DNA from: Octopus sinensis
Lineage: Eukaryota
Reading direction: 5' to 3'
Length of the DNA stretch: 64,000 nt
Assembly (NCBI RefSeq): GCF_006345805.1
Contig: NC_043003.1
Location: 21,514,001 to 21,578,000 of the forward strand
The notes under the pieces were generated by a model. The model was not told the DNA's origin and searched no databases. It saw only the letters and a list, made by a program, of their open reading frames with translations. The first letter of the stretch is position 1; every line of letters begins with the position of its first letter. A program made the position numbers and the translations under genes. This document shows positions 13,970-25,864 of the stretch, piece by piece.

Positions 13970-15219
13970 TTTGAAGATCTTTTAGATTTTTAATTTGGCC
14001 TTACTCAAAATACTTAATTTAAAAGGGACTGCTCAAGTTTGACTTCAACTTATCAGTCTTCCTGAAACTATACAATCCATTGAAGAAACTTACATGGGTA
14101 CTCAACATATACATTATTTGAAATAGCTGCTAAATCTACTTCAAATCACACCCTGCTGTTGAAAAAGTGGAAGGACACAGTGAAAATAAATAGAATGATC
14201 ATAGTGAAAACTAACTTTTGGTTATACAACAACATAAAAACGAAAGCAACCAGAGAGGGGTCTCCTAATGGGATACAGAACATTTCAACAGATTGGACGT
14301 CCCACCTTACTCCATTGTTTCATATCAGTCATTAAGGATGCTAATAAATTTCTCTAATACATTAGATTTAGTAAGACAAATGGAATACATTTTATTTTTT
14401 ATAACAAAGACTATCAAAATCATTTTCTTTAACCCTTTGCCTATCTTTATCTTTTCTTTTACTTGTTTCAGTCATTTGACTGCGGCCATGCTGGAGCACC
14501 GCCTTTAGTCGAGCAAATCGACCCCGGGACTTATTCTTTGTAAGCCCAGTACTTATTCTATCGGTCTCTTTTGCCGAACCGCTAAGTGACGGGGACGAAA
14601 ACACACCAGCATCGGTTGTCAAGCAATGCTAGGGGGACAAACACACACACACATATATATATATATATATTATATATACATATATACGACAGACTTCTTT
14701 CAGTTTCCGTCTACCAAATTCACTCACAAGGCATTGGTCGGTCTTAAGTATTTACATAAATTTCTCCTAAACATCCATGCTTGTCTTCAAACTTTTAAAT
14801 AACTCTTGTGTCATGCATTCTGGGTAATATAAAACTTTCTTTCATAAGTCCCAAGTTTTTTTCCGGTGGTTGAAACAAATTGGGAATGCGTATCCTACAT
14901 GATGTTAGGACACAAGGGGATTCTGTCTTGTGTCTCACATGTGATACACAAGAGTTACAATTCCACTGACAAGTGATGTCCATTGAAAACATTTTTGATT
15001 CATTACTAACTTCATCTTCACACATGTTTCAATGTTTTAAAACTTGTCCAGCTTTGTATTGTTAGGAGGCACAGGCACTTACACACACACACACACGCAC
15101 TTCTGCCTACTAAATTCAATCACAAGGTTTCAGTTGCCCAAGGTGTCACGCAGTGGACTGAACCCAAAAACATGCGGCTAGGAAGCAAGCTTCCTAAACA
15201 CATAGCCATGTATTGTTAA

Positions 15220-15598
15220 TCTCTATATATATAAAGCTGAAGTTGTCTGTGTATGGCAGGTTTGATAGCCTTCAACTAACACTATCTTCTCCAAGACCCT
15301 GCAGCGCAAGTTGACCAAAAATGAGAGTATGATAGAAGGCTTGCTCTTTCTTCCATAGAAGAAAAAATTCAAAGCGGACCATGTTAACACCAAAAATTAT
15401 TTACATCAAAAAGATGCTTTTTTCTATGAAAATCCCTATTTTTTACGATTTTTTGACTGCTGTGTCGCCATTTTTCGGTGTATTTCAACCAAAAAAAATG
15501 TTCACTTGAAGAGAATAACAAACTACATAATGCAAAATTTTTACTTTTCAAACATTCCAATTCTAAAGGGTCAAAGCAACGCTGGGTGATACTGCTAG
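15220..15598 (+). mobile_element. Non-autonomous Helitron-like element, 60 bp upstream of ANAPC15 exon 2
   Basis: A|TCtctatatatataaag...agcaacgctgggtgatactgCTAG|T; 3' end near-identical to the 2307 copy. Confidence 0.72.
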
Positions 15599-15657
15599 TT
15601 ATTGATATTTTCAAGTTTATTCTATTTATTATCATTTGTCATTTTTTAAAATTCTAG

Positions 15658-15717
15658 GCTCAGAGCGTCGGCGATAAAGACAATGCTATAGTACCAATAG
15701 GAAAAACTGCCCAGGAG
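15658..15717 (+). CDS. ANAPC15: ANAPC15 coding exon 2 (60 nt)
   Basis: ttctag|AQSVGDKDNAIVPIGKTAQE|gtaaac; human equivalent [20 protein letters not shown]. Not in the ORF track; read by hand. Confidence 0.93.
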
Positions 15718-16624
15718 GTAAACTCTTTTTCTTTACTCTGTCATTTGCTGTTGTTTATCCCCTAATTCAATCTTGATCAAATAGACTCATGACTGAAGAC
15801 ATTCCAGCCATAATCATTTTGTCTTTTTACAAGTATCTAGAAGTATGTTATGTATTTCTTTTGTTTTTTATAAGTTAGTAGAGTACTATGTGAGGAAGTA
15901 TTGGCTGCTATTTGTAACAGCTCAAATGACCATGTAGTGCAGTGGTTCCAAACCCAGCATATACAGATGCCTGGGGGGTGCACAATCTTCGTACTGTGGA
16001 TCACTTGAGCCCATAGGATTAATATGGCTGGTTGCCCAGTTTCTATGGCGTATAAGTGATGTAGATGAGTGGTTCCCAAAGTGGGTAGTGGAAAGATTAG
16101 GGATGGGTGCATTGAAGAATAATGGGGTGACCAAAACAGAGCAATGGATGTGAAAAAAACCCCCACAAAATAAAGGGTTTATTAGGTAAGTTTTATTTGT
16201 GAAATACCATTGTTTTGAATTTGCTGCAGGAAATGGTCTGTCTGTGATGATAAGGGTGAGTGGGGCACTAGGAATGTGGCCTTAGAACCAAGGGGGCAGC
16301 AGCCTAAAAAAGTTTGGGAACTGCTGATCTCGATCAGAATATTGGAAGAAATATCATTAAGCATGTTGGGTCTGACATGCTAACAATTCTGCCAGCTTGC
16401 CACATTCATGAACTTTGTACCATTATTATATAAATGCATTGTGCCATCCACAGTTTTGTTGTGTCCAACTTCAAATTCGAGTGTTCAAATGTCAAAACAC
16501 TGACAGGATCCTGTCAGTGTTTTGATATTTATTGTGTTGCATATTTCCCCCCACCAACATTTCCTTTCTGTGTTGTGATGCTTCTATGGATGTTGCTTAC
16601 TCTGTTTTCACTTACTTTACTCAG

Positions 16625-16738
16625 CATTATGATGAAGAAGAGGAAGAAGAGGAGGAGGAAGAAGTTGATGATGAGAGCGACACTAATGATGATGAACTTG
16701 ACACAGATATGGTTGATGACAGGGATTCTGCCGATGAT
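16625..16738 (+). CDS. ANAPC15: ANAPC15 coding exon 3 (acidic tract, 114 nt)
   Basis: actcag|HYDEEEEEEEEEEVDDESDTNDDELDTDMVDDRDSADD|gtgagt; human continues HYDDEEEEDDED after PASE. Confidence 0.92.
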
Positions 16739-18390
16739 GTGAGTAAATTCTTCATTCTTATTCCGACACATTTGGCATATCCTGTAGCTTTATTGTGTTT
16801 GGTTTGTTGTTGGTTTTTGTATATAGCTTTATTTTTATCTAATTTCCTTTGTTTTTCTGTTTGACAAGTTCTAATCTGAGTGTTACTTTAGTCTTGTAAG
16901 GTCAGTGAGTTAATTACTACCCTCATAATCCTGTGTTCAAACTTTACAATTCATGTGTGTCCCTTTGGTGTTAGCTTGCACACTTGTAAATTTATGTACC
17001 TTTCCAACCTCACAGCTTATTGTCAGTTATTTCTTTTATTTTTTTATTTTACTTCTCCTGTTTCATCTGTAATATATACTCATTAGAAAGGTGGTTGTTA
17101 TTATTGTTGTTGCTTAACTCCAGATCAGCCCACATTAAGCAAACCTATGATCAAAGTACCACATTATCTGATGACTTCTCAGTTTTAGACATTCTGGTGT
17201 GATTTGAGGGAGATTTGGCTGCTTTTTCTAGCAGGTTGAGCAATCACATAGAGATTCCTTCATTGGCTCATTGATAGATATGTTTCATATACAGATGAAG
17301 TTTTGCCTTTTCTCTCTCCACAACTACATACATTTTAGTGTAATGAAGCCGCTGCACTAAATGATTGATATAACTATACTATGGAAGGTGTTAATGTAAC
17401 AATTGCCAACCCTTCAATATCTCAGTCCACTTATTAAGAAAGTTCATAACATAATTTGATTTGTTCATTTACTATGAAGAGTAAATAATTTAATATTTTA
17501 GACCTTCATTGTAATTCTACTTATCAAACTTTTCTACGGCACAGACTATCAGACTTATTACCTTAAGTTCTTGACTTCCATCTTGTCTATCTATTTGCCC
17601 ATATTTCTTATATTTACTGAAAATGTGCTTATTTGTTCCATCTGTCAAGTGTGTTTGTTCTGTATTGCAGTCTCCCTCTGTTCATCCTAACACACTGTCC
17701 AGTTTACTACCACCATCTGCTCCCCCACCTACCCTTGTTTTCTGCTTATGTTTAAATTTAATCAACTTAACTATTCCTGAGTAAAAGTATAAAAACTGCT
17801 CCACCTCTCTGCCAATCCATGCTGAGCCAGTGTAGCAAACTAGGCTCACCAGACCAGTATGGTCTTGACCTCAAATTCACAGCCTCCTCATCAGACTCAG
17901 TTGGTGGAGAGAACATGCTGAGGCCTTTGTCCAATAGTGGACTGGACATAGGCAATCCATTCCAATTTTTTAAGTTGGATATCAGCTACTTTAGTCTTAC
18001 CAGTCCAGAATGGTCTGGACCAGCAATGAGTGCTGCCCATCTTTGCCTGATTAACTTGCCAAAGGTGAAAAACGGTAATAGGAAGAACTTCTATGCAGGA
18101 AAAACCTCTATGATTACATGCTTTAATAATAAACATACAATTATGGGAATTTGTAAAAGAAAAAAAAGCCGTTTTGTCCATGCTAGTATAAATGTTTGTA
18201 AAAAATAGTTGGGCCTTCCCTCCCTCCCAAATCTCTTTCTCTCTTTTTACTCTTTTACTTGTTTCAGTCATTTGACTGCGGCCATGGTGGAGCACTGCCT
18301 TTAGTCGAAAGCAAATCAACTCTAGGACTTATTCTTTGGAAGCCTAGTACTTATTCTGTTGGTCAGAATGTGTAATAAATCATCAATAGA

Positions 18391-18830
18391 ATAACTCTTT
18401 AGTGCTTAAACCAGCCATATCAGGCCCAAATATTCTACCTTGTTTTATGTTCAAACTGGCTAAATCTGGTCTCTCACACTTATCCTACAATGTCATTTTG
18501 AAACTAAGCAATCGCATTATCAAAATCTCAAAGCTACATGATCCCGCATGATTAATTCAAAACGATGTGAATCAGTAAGCATTACATTTGACAAAGTAAT
18601 CTGAATACTAAAGAGTTGACCCTTTTGCATTAATCTGGCCATATCCAGCCCAGATATTCTACCTGTTTTATGTTAAAACAGAGACCAAATCCAACCTCTC
18701 ACACCTACCTCACAATGTCATTCTAAAAATATACAAACACACCAATTGAAATCTTGAAGTAACAAGATAATGCATGATTAATTCAAAACTATGTGAATAT
18801 GTAAGCAATACATTTAACAAAGAAATCATC
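18391..18830. mobile_element. Two tandem diverged copies of a ~225-bp MITE (piggyBac-like ends)
   Basis: aactctttag...ctaaagagtt ends. Internal ccatatc.gccca.atattctacct.gttttatgtt..ctctcacac..acaatgtcatt repeated at ~18415 and ~18640. Confidence 0.6.
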
Positions 18831-19448
18831 ATCATTTAACATCTGTTTTCCATGCTAGCATGGGTTGGATGGTAAATCTGAATACTAAACAGTAAAACAT
18901 TTGAATCCTATAAAAACTCCATATTTCTTCATCTGAAGCAAATATTTAACCTCTTTAACAGACACTGGAAAATTCTGTTTCATTATTTATATTGCACTTC
19001 ATAGTTCTCTCTGGTTTATGTATTTAGTATGTGTACTTTACTTGTAATGTTCATAGGAAGGGATTAAAATTCATTGTTTAGAGAATGTAAACAGTTAGCT
19101 TTTAGAAAACATGGTTTTGAAATGTTGGGAAACTATCTTCCATGAGAGAGTTCACAATTTATAGGGAAGATCCAGGGGAATAATTACATGGTAGCTAAAT
19201 TTTGCTTAAGTGTCCCAGGATTTAATTCCGGGATAGTAAGTCGTATTTTGTAGAAAATAGGAAAATTGAATAAGGAGATGAATGCTTGGGATGTTAAACT
19301 ATTTATATCTTGAAGTCTTCTACATATGTTTCGATGGATGCACTCCAAAATGTCAGGCATTTTTGGAGTACATCTGTTGAAACATATGTAGAAGACTTCA
19401 AGATATAAATGGTTTAACAACATCCCAAGTATTTGTCTCCTTATTCAG

Positions 19449-19525
<77 letters not shown>

Positions 19526-21184
19526 TATATGTTCATCATTTAACGTTCATTTTCCATGCTGACATGGGTTAAACTGTTTGACTGCAGATGGTAAGCCGGA
19601 GAGCTTGCACAAGGCTCCAGTTGTCTGATTTGGTTTGGTTTTTATGGCTGGATACCCTTCCTACTGCCAACCACTCCAAAGAGGGTACTGGGTGCCTTTT
19701 ACATGTCATCAGCAAGGTGCCATGACAGGCTTCCTTGCAGTTTCCATCTACCAGATTCACCCACAAGGCATTGGTCAGACCAGTGCTATAACATTACTAA
19801 TTAATTTCGATTGTTTCATAACATTTTATTCTTCATTGTGCTGAAAGCAGTTTCCCCATGCTAGATCATTCTACCCAAATCAGTTTTGGAAAAAATGAAT
19901 GTAAATAAAAGGCAAAAACCCATCAATACTGAAGGAGTTGACAATCATGATCTGACTTAATGTTATTAGTGTTTATTAAAGAAGCAAAGCCTTTCTTCTG
20001 TTCTTTTATTCTATTTTTATTGTAGTTCAGTACAAGTTCTGTCATAGGTTTATATAACTTTCATGACACAATTGGTAAGCCTTGTATTTAGTTACATCTC
20101 TTTCTGCTCTGAGGTCAAATTTACTTTGTCATCATTATTTATTGTTTGTAAGGCAGTGAGCTGGCAGAATAATTAGCGCGCTGGATGAAATGCTTAGCGG
20201 TATTGTGCCCATTGCTATGTTCTGAGTTCAAATTCTGCCGAGGTCGACTTTACATTTCATCAATTCAGGGTCGTTAAAATAAGTACCAGTTGAACCAATC
20301 CGTCCCTCAAAATTGCTGCCCTTGTGGCGAAATTTGAAATCATTATTTAGTGTCTGTATTTCATGCTGACATAAGTTGACTGGTTTGACAGGATCTGACA
20401 GGTTAGAGGACTGCATCAAGCTCCAATGTCTGTCTGAGAATTTGGATACCTTTCTTAATGCCAACCACTTTTCAGAATGTCCTGGGTGCATTTTTGTGTC
20501 ACTGGCACTTGGAAAACAATACCCCTTGATTGAGGGGAACAGCTTACACCTGGTTTGAGAAGTAGAAGGATAAGAACAGTTCTTTTGTTGTGGAGCAGTT
20601 ACACAGCTACCCTAGCTGGAAAGGGATAGAAGATGATGGTGAAGAAGGGTGACAGGAAATACTCTCCTTCTACAGTAAATACAATAAGTGCATTAAATAC
20701 TGGGTCAAAATAATCAACTATATCCTGTTGAAAATGTCATACCATTGTGCTTATGTTAGGACCAATATTATATGCCTTTATTACTTGTTCCTATTGGTCT
20801 CTTCTTATGACCTGGTCTTGTTAAATTTCATTTTGTGGCTTTATTATTCTTCATACAATATGATCTTTCAAATGAAAGTGAGAAGCCTTACATGATAGAG
20901 CACTGGGTTAAATGCTTCATCGTATTTAATCCCATTTTCTATGATCTGAGTTTGAATTTTATTTTGATAAGCTTCATCTTTTATCCTGCTGGCAAAAATA
21001 AATAAGTATCAGTAATAAACACATTGATTCAGTCTATTTGCCTATATTCAGTCCTTTGCAGAAATTGTCCTCATGTCAAAAGATCACTATATGATATGAT
21101 ATAACTCTGTGACATATTTCTTTTGACTTTTAATTTATTTAATCTACACTGGATTGTATTTCTAATTTGTCGTCCAGTAACATT

Positions 21185-21605
21185 TTTCTTTGAGATCTGT
21201 TAACACCCTGTCAATCGTTGACAATATATCTTTGTGACCTGTTTAACATTCTGTCAGCTATCAACAGCTTACCTTTAGGATATGTTAAGTCTTTGTCAAC
21301 TGACATCTCTGTTTTTGTGAGTTGTTGACACTGTCAACTGTTAATAATGTTTTTAACTAATTAATTCTTTGCCACATGCTTAGAATGTCTTTGTAGCCTG
21401 TTAGCGTTGTCTACTATGGATTGTATGCTACTGTGACATATCGACACTATCAGCTGTGACTTGTCAACACTGTCAACTGTGGATAACATATTTTTCTGAG
21501 TAGTCAGCACTGTCAGTTGAGAATATGACTCTGTGACATATTAACATTACGTCAACTGTGAACAGTGTCTTTGTGACGTGTCAACACCTTGTCAACTGAT
21601 AATAT
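21185..21605 (+). repeat. Degenerate ~40-bp tandem array (~10 units), TGTCA/TGACA-rich
   Basis: Approximate consensus aacactgtcaactgtga.aatat.tctttgtgac.tgt read by eye. Confidence 0.75.
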
Positions 21606-21922
21606 TTTATCCTTGTAAATGTTTTTACGAATTGTATGTTGTCTATCTGTGCTGATAAGTTTACGCCATACATATTATGAGTCTGCTGTCATTATTTGGT
21701 TTGCCGTTTGTAAGTGCCTCTGACTGTCTTGACTTTGTTGCACCATATTTCTTACTGGCTAGTCCTGACGTTGCTGCATCACAAGTACCACAGTCTTATT
21801 CCGACCACATTGCACTGTATCTACCACAGAACCTTATTGCAGCATGTGTGTCACTGACCTCACTCCCTGACCATATTGCATCATGTGAACCACTGACCTG
21901 CTGTTATATCTCCCTTTTACAG

Positions 21923-21958
21923 TTTGACTTTAGAGGCCGCCGAAACAGTCTCAACCTG
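21923..21958 (+). CDS. ANAPC15: Candidate alternative 36-nt micro-exon of ANAPC15 (FDFRGRRNSLNL)
   Basis: Strong acceptor tctcccttttacag|, donor CTG|gtaggt, length divisible by 3, open in phase 0 between exons 3 and 4, locally GC/CpG-rich. No homology support known to me. Confidence 0.45.
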
Positions 21959-23908
21959 GTAGGTTAATCTCTGAATCTTTTTTTTTTTTTTTCCATATAT
22001 AATTTGCTCTTATGATGTAGCTGATAGGTCTCTCTTCATAAGCATATGCTTAGTCTCTCACTCCCTTTTTGTTTTTTTTTCTCTCTCTCTCTCTGCTTTT
22101 AGTCTTTCCCTGCATTAGTATACTCTCTGAACTGCACTAGTTATATGAAACCTGCACTGTAGTTAAATTGTTTGCAGTCATAGATAACACATAGTTTTTT
22201 GTTTGTCTACTTCATCTTGAGCACTCAATCATCTTCCTTCTCTTATTTCTGCACTGATGTTTTTATGTACGCATTTAAATATCTCTTTTATGTTTGATGT
22301 ACTTTTTGTCTGCTTGATATTTGTTTTGTCTTTCTTTTCCACTGTCTGCTATTGTTGTTGTCTAGCATTAGATCAGCATTGATTGGTCGAAGGTATTCCA
22401 GCTGTGATGATTCTAATTTTTTCATATACTTAGGACTGCATTATCCAGGAGTACATTCTTTCAGTTTTAAGATGGCATGGTTTGATTCGAGAGAATTTAG
22501 CTGCTATTTCTAGTAAATCAAATGACTGCATAGAGGTTCCCTCCTTAATTTAAAAAAATCAGCGTAATTGCATGAGAGAACTACCGTGATTGAGTGGGTA
22601 AGAGTATCAACATATCAGTTTTTGAGTTCCTGTATTATTTTATTTATTTATTTATTTATGCGCCCTTTTCAAGCCTAGCCAGGCTCATGAGCCCAGTTTC
22701 CCGGTTTCTATGGCGTATGTGTTCCCCCCAGCTGGACGGGACGCCAGTCCATCACAGCGTTACTCAAGAAACAGGAAGAAAGAATGAGAGAAAGTTGGGG
22801 TGAAGGAGTACAACAGGGGTCGCCACCACCCCCTGCCGGAGCCTCGGGAAGCTTTAGGTGTTTTCGCTTAATGAACACACAAAATACCCGGTCTGGCAAT
22901 CGAAACCGCGATCCTCCGACTGCGAATCTGCTGCCCTAACCGCTGGGCCATTGCACCTCCTTGTGCCCTTTTAAAGCCTAGCCAGGCTCATGGGCCCGGT
23001 TTCCCAGTTTCTATGGTGTATTCCCCAGCTGGATGGGATGCCAGTCCATTGCAGTGTTACTCATTTTTGCCAGCTGAGTGGACTGGAGCAACGTGAAATG
23101 AAGTGCTTTGCTCAAGAACACAACGTATCGCCTGGTCCAGGAATCAAGACCACAGTCTTATGATCATGATGCTGACACCCTAACCACTAAGGCACATACC
23201 TCCATCCCTGTATTATTGCTGTATGCCAAACCCTAGCTACTCATGGCTTTTAACCTCTCCCACATGGCTGGAAGCCAAGTACTTAACACAAGAGTTAGAT
23301 AACAACGGTTATTGGGGGTTTAAACTAATTTGGATTTTGTTGAATAGTTTCGTAGTTAAGAACCTCTGCTTGAATTTTTCTACCAAAAATGCAATAAACA
23401 AAAGTGTACTAAGAACCCTTTGTATCTTTATGTCTAAAAACGCCTTTCAAGATTGCATAATTCATTACTTAAAGCTTCCATCCGCTGTCAAATCAATATT
23501 TGATAATGCTATCAGGCTGCCATCATCATCATCATCATTGTTGTCACTATCAGCAATCACAACAATTGTATGTCTATCTTTGTCTTACATGAGTTGTACA
23601 AGTTTGCATCCCAGCACCTTCTCTATATTTAAATCTGTAATGCATGTGACATGTCTTGTATGAACTCCTTTGACACATGATTGAGTAATTGTCATGTAAC
23701 CCTAGGGAAGCCCTAATTCAGCTAATCTGTGATCAAAAGCATTCCAGCTGTGACCATCCTTTTTTTTTTTTCCAAGTGTGGTAATTGTAATATATTTGGG
23801 ATTACATTATCCAATGTGTCCTTCCTTTTTTCTTTCTAAGACTAGGAGATTTCTAACTGTTTGAGCATCCATAGAGAGGCTCTTTCATTAGCTCATATAT
23901 AGTGGAGT

Positions 23909-24141
23909 TTTCTTATTTCTTTATTGCCCGCAAGGGGCTAAACACAGAGGGGACAAACAAGGACAGACAAAGGGATTAAGTCGATTACATCGACTCCAGT
24001 GCATAACTGGTACTTAATTTATCGACCCCAAAAGGATGAAAGGCAAGGTCGACCTCGGCAGAATTTGAACTCAGAACGTAACAGCAGATGAAATACCGCT
24101 AAACATTTCGCCCAGCATGCTAACATTTCTGCCAGCTCGCC
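23909..24141 (-). mobile_element. SINE family B (representative copy)
   Basis: Consensus gagctggcagaa.cgttagc...ttctgagttcaaatt..gccgaggtcgactttgcctttcatcc...aagtaccagt. Copies near 1725, 7500, 7655, 10445, 10630, 11460, 20150, 35580, 39965, 59225, 59452, 62095 and 62335. Confidence 0.85.
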
Positions 24142-24949
24142 GGAGTTTTCTGCTTTTGCACAAGGTATTGGCTCAAATTATGACCAACGCCTTACCCTTC
24201 AAGTTGTCAGTATTGGCACTAATGTTAGATGAGCTCTACTTATTGATTTAATCTAAAGAATTTGTAGGTTTTTCTTGTTCTCAAATATTGTATTATGTTT
24301 TTATTTATTCAGTTTTCTGATTTTGTGTAGATTTATTTGGAGCGGAGTTTGAGCATAAATACAGCGGTCATCGAGGGTTAGTACTGGGTTTTATGATTTA
24401 GTGTGTGTATGTCTATATATATTTATACGGTCCAGGCATGGCTGAGTGGTTAAGAAGCTTGCTTTGCAATCATGAGGTTTATTGTTCAGTCCCACTGTGT
24501 AGCACCTTGGGCAAGTGTCTTCCACTATAGCCCTGGGTTAACCAAAGCTTTGTTAGTGAAGTTGGTGGGTAGAAACTGTGTGAGTTGGCAACAAGGACAT
24601 CCAGCTGTAGAGAATCTGGCTCAATAAATTCTGTCCAACCTATGCAAGCATGGAAAAGTGGACATGAAACTGATGATGATATATTTGTTTCTGTTTGCTC
24701 CCCACTTCCACCACCACTTGGCAGCTGATGTAGGTTTGTTTACACTCTTGTAACTTAACTGTTTGGCAAGAGAGACTGCTTCAATATGTACGAGATTTAA
24801 AAAATAAATACTGGGGATAATTTGTTTGACTAAACTCTTCGAGATGATGCTCCAGCATTGCCACAGTCCAATGACTGAAACAAGTAAAATATAAAAGATT
24901 GAGATTCTGATAGATGTTCTGAATATATCACATTGAAAATTTATGATAT

Positions 24950-25352
24950 AGGTGCAGGAGTGGCTGTGTGGTAAGTAGCTTGCTTACCAACCACATGGTT
25001 CCGGGTTCAGTCCCACTGCGTGGCACCTTGGGCAAGTGTATTCTACTATAGCCTCTGGCCGACCAAAGCCTTGTGAGTGGATTTGGTAGACGGAAACTGA
25101 AAGAAGCCTGTCGTATATATGTATGTATATGTCTATGCGTGTGTATATGTTTGTGTGTCTGTGTTTGTCCCCCCAACATCGCTTGACAACCGATGCTGGT
25201 GTGTTTACGTCCCCGTAACTTAGCGGTTCAGCAAAAGAGACAAATAGAATAAGTACTAGGCTTCCAAAGAATAAGTCCCGGGGTCGATTTGCTCGACTAA
25301 AGGTGGTGCTCCAGCATGGCCGCAGTCAAATGACTGGAACAAGTAAAAGAGT
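24950..25352 (+). mobile_element. tRNA-derived SINE family A (representative copy)
   Basis: A/B-box head (gtggctgtgtggtaag...ggttcagtccc), internal (TA/TG)n, tail gactgaaacaagtaaaagag. Other copies: + 6365, 8329, 24432, 30112, 32775, 34891, 43828, 44739, 52890, 53372, 59777; - 14452, 18240, 45500, 50110, 50465, 51170, 51527, 56440. Confidence 0.9.
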
Positions 25353-25810
25353 ATATAAAAAGCTTTTCCATAGGTTTAGGTTAACCAGTTCCTTGTTAGT
25401 AAAATTTTGTCACCAAAAACTATCAAGAAGCTTCTGTGTGTACGTGTGTGTGTTTATATAGGTGTTCTTGTATTTTTTTACTGAAAGATTTAAATATTGA
25501 CAAGAAAACTAATGAATTAGTGCATTCAAATGACAAGTTGGAAACATGGAAAGAGACTGAAGCTGCTGTTGAGACATGCACCTAACTAAACTAAACACTG
25601 CTTTTCACTAACTTAATCATTCATTAGACAATAACAGTTTTTCGTTTTTTGATCTACAGATCAGTACTTCATGTTCTGTTATGAAATTTAAATTTATCAG
25701 TAGTGTTTTCCAAAAATAAAAATACAATTATCCTCCCTCTTCTCTCTCGTTCTATCTCCCCTCACACATATACACACATACTGATTTAAGTTATCTTTTC
25801 TCCTCTCCAG

Positions 25811-25864
25811 GTTGACATGGATGCCCAAGTAACTGCTGGGAGCTCTCCCATGTGGGGAGTCTGA
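25811..25864 (+). CDS. ANAPC15: ANAPC15 last coding exon
   Basis: cttttctcctctccag|VDMDAQVTAGSSPMWGV*; resembles human C-terminus VDMEGNEQDQDQWMI. AATAAA candidates downstream, e.g. 26366. Confidence 0.85.
   Translation, partial: VDMDAQVTAGSSPMWGV

Noticed and set aside
17767-18319. Overlapping 129- and 140-aa ORFs (and similar region 9870-10100)
   Set aside because: No recognisable host protein or splice structure; probably decayed LINE 3' remnants, too degraded to call.
21185-21605. CRISPR-like repeat-spacer array
   Set aside because: Repeats are highly degenerate, spacers resemble each other, there are no cas genes and the context is a eukaryotic intron.
23223-23663. 146-aa ORF in ANAPC15 intron
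   Set aside because: No recognisable domain, includes a (CAT)n tract, no supporting splice or promoter signals.
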